The notes under the pieces: generated by a model
Seen by the model: only the letters and a program-made list of their open reading frames with translations
The model's database searches: none
Told to the model about the DNA's origin: nothing
Made by a program: the position numbers and the translations under genes
Shown: in pieces, positions 29,812-29,861 of the stretch
How positions within the stretch are numbered: the first letter of the stretch is position 1
Layout: the number at the start of each line of letters is the position of its first letter
From: Phycisphaeraceae bacterium
Lineage (GTDB): Bacteria > Planctomycetota > Phycisphaerae > Phycisphaerales > Zrk34
Assembly: GCA_040905565.1 (NCBI GenBank)
Contig: JBBDRF010000014.1
Coordinates: 1 to 29,861 of the forward strand
Direction: 5' to 3'
DNA: 29,861 nucleotides

Positions 29812-29861
29812 CGGCCGCCCCGTAAGGCAGACCATCGGCGGGAGCGGCGGGGGGGGGGGGG

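Larger units (their letters stand above)
26778..29861 (-). mobile_element. tRNA-Leu-integrated element with Rep_trans replication/nicking module (integrated plasmid, IME or inovirus-like), truncated by window end
   Basis: int-xis-RHH-rep cluster directly abutting the tRNA 3' end. The left boundary is approximate; the second att copy was not found in the window. Confidence 0.88.

Noticed and set aside
29849..29861. Terminal G13 run as a phase-variation tract in rep
   Set aside because: It sits exactly at the sequence end, where poly-G is a common sequencing or assembly artefact; cannot be judged without reads.

Overview
GC-rich bacterial chromosomal segment. Gene content and order (groEL-groES-groEL-dnaJ-grpE-FmdB cluster, Hc1-like protein, FapA) suggest a planctomycete, possibly Phycisphaerae; this is an inference only. 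Left to right: a minus-strand block (partial fabZ-like gene, Hc1-like protein, isochorismatase, FlK-type thioesterase/crotonase fusion, MlaD, MlaF); a plus-strand operon (D-2-hydroxyacid dehydrogenase, four-helix-bundle protein, gnd, sulfotransferase, Ldh_2 oxidoreductase, HIT); a REP-doublet-like hairpin; FapA/DUF342; hexose-6-P mutarotase; the chaperone cluster; a TPR protein, argD, a lipoprotein, pssA and two small genes; then tRNA-Leu(CAA) carrying an integrated element (tyrosine integrase, excisionase, RHH regulator, Rep_trans initiator with nick-site hairpin) that runs off the window end. The most unusual signals are: (1) the four-helix-bundle gene is enclosed by ~45-nt inverted arrays of degenerate heptamers able to form an RNA stem around the whole ORF, like an intervening sequence inside an mRNA; (2) the rolling-circle integrative element has an integrase ORF that runs through its own att region and ends in the tRNA anticodon loop; (3) the chaperone operon has a sigma54-like promoter and a perfect palindrome rather than CIRCE. 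All calls come from reading motifs by eye; no database searches were run.
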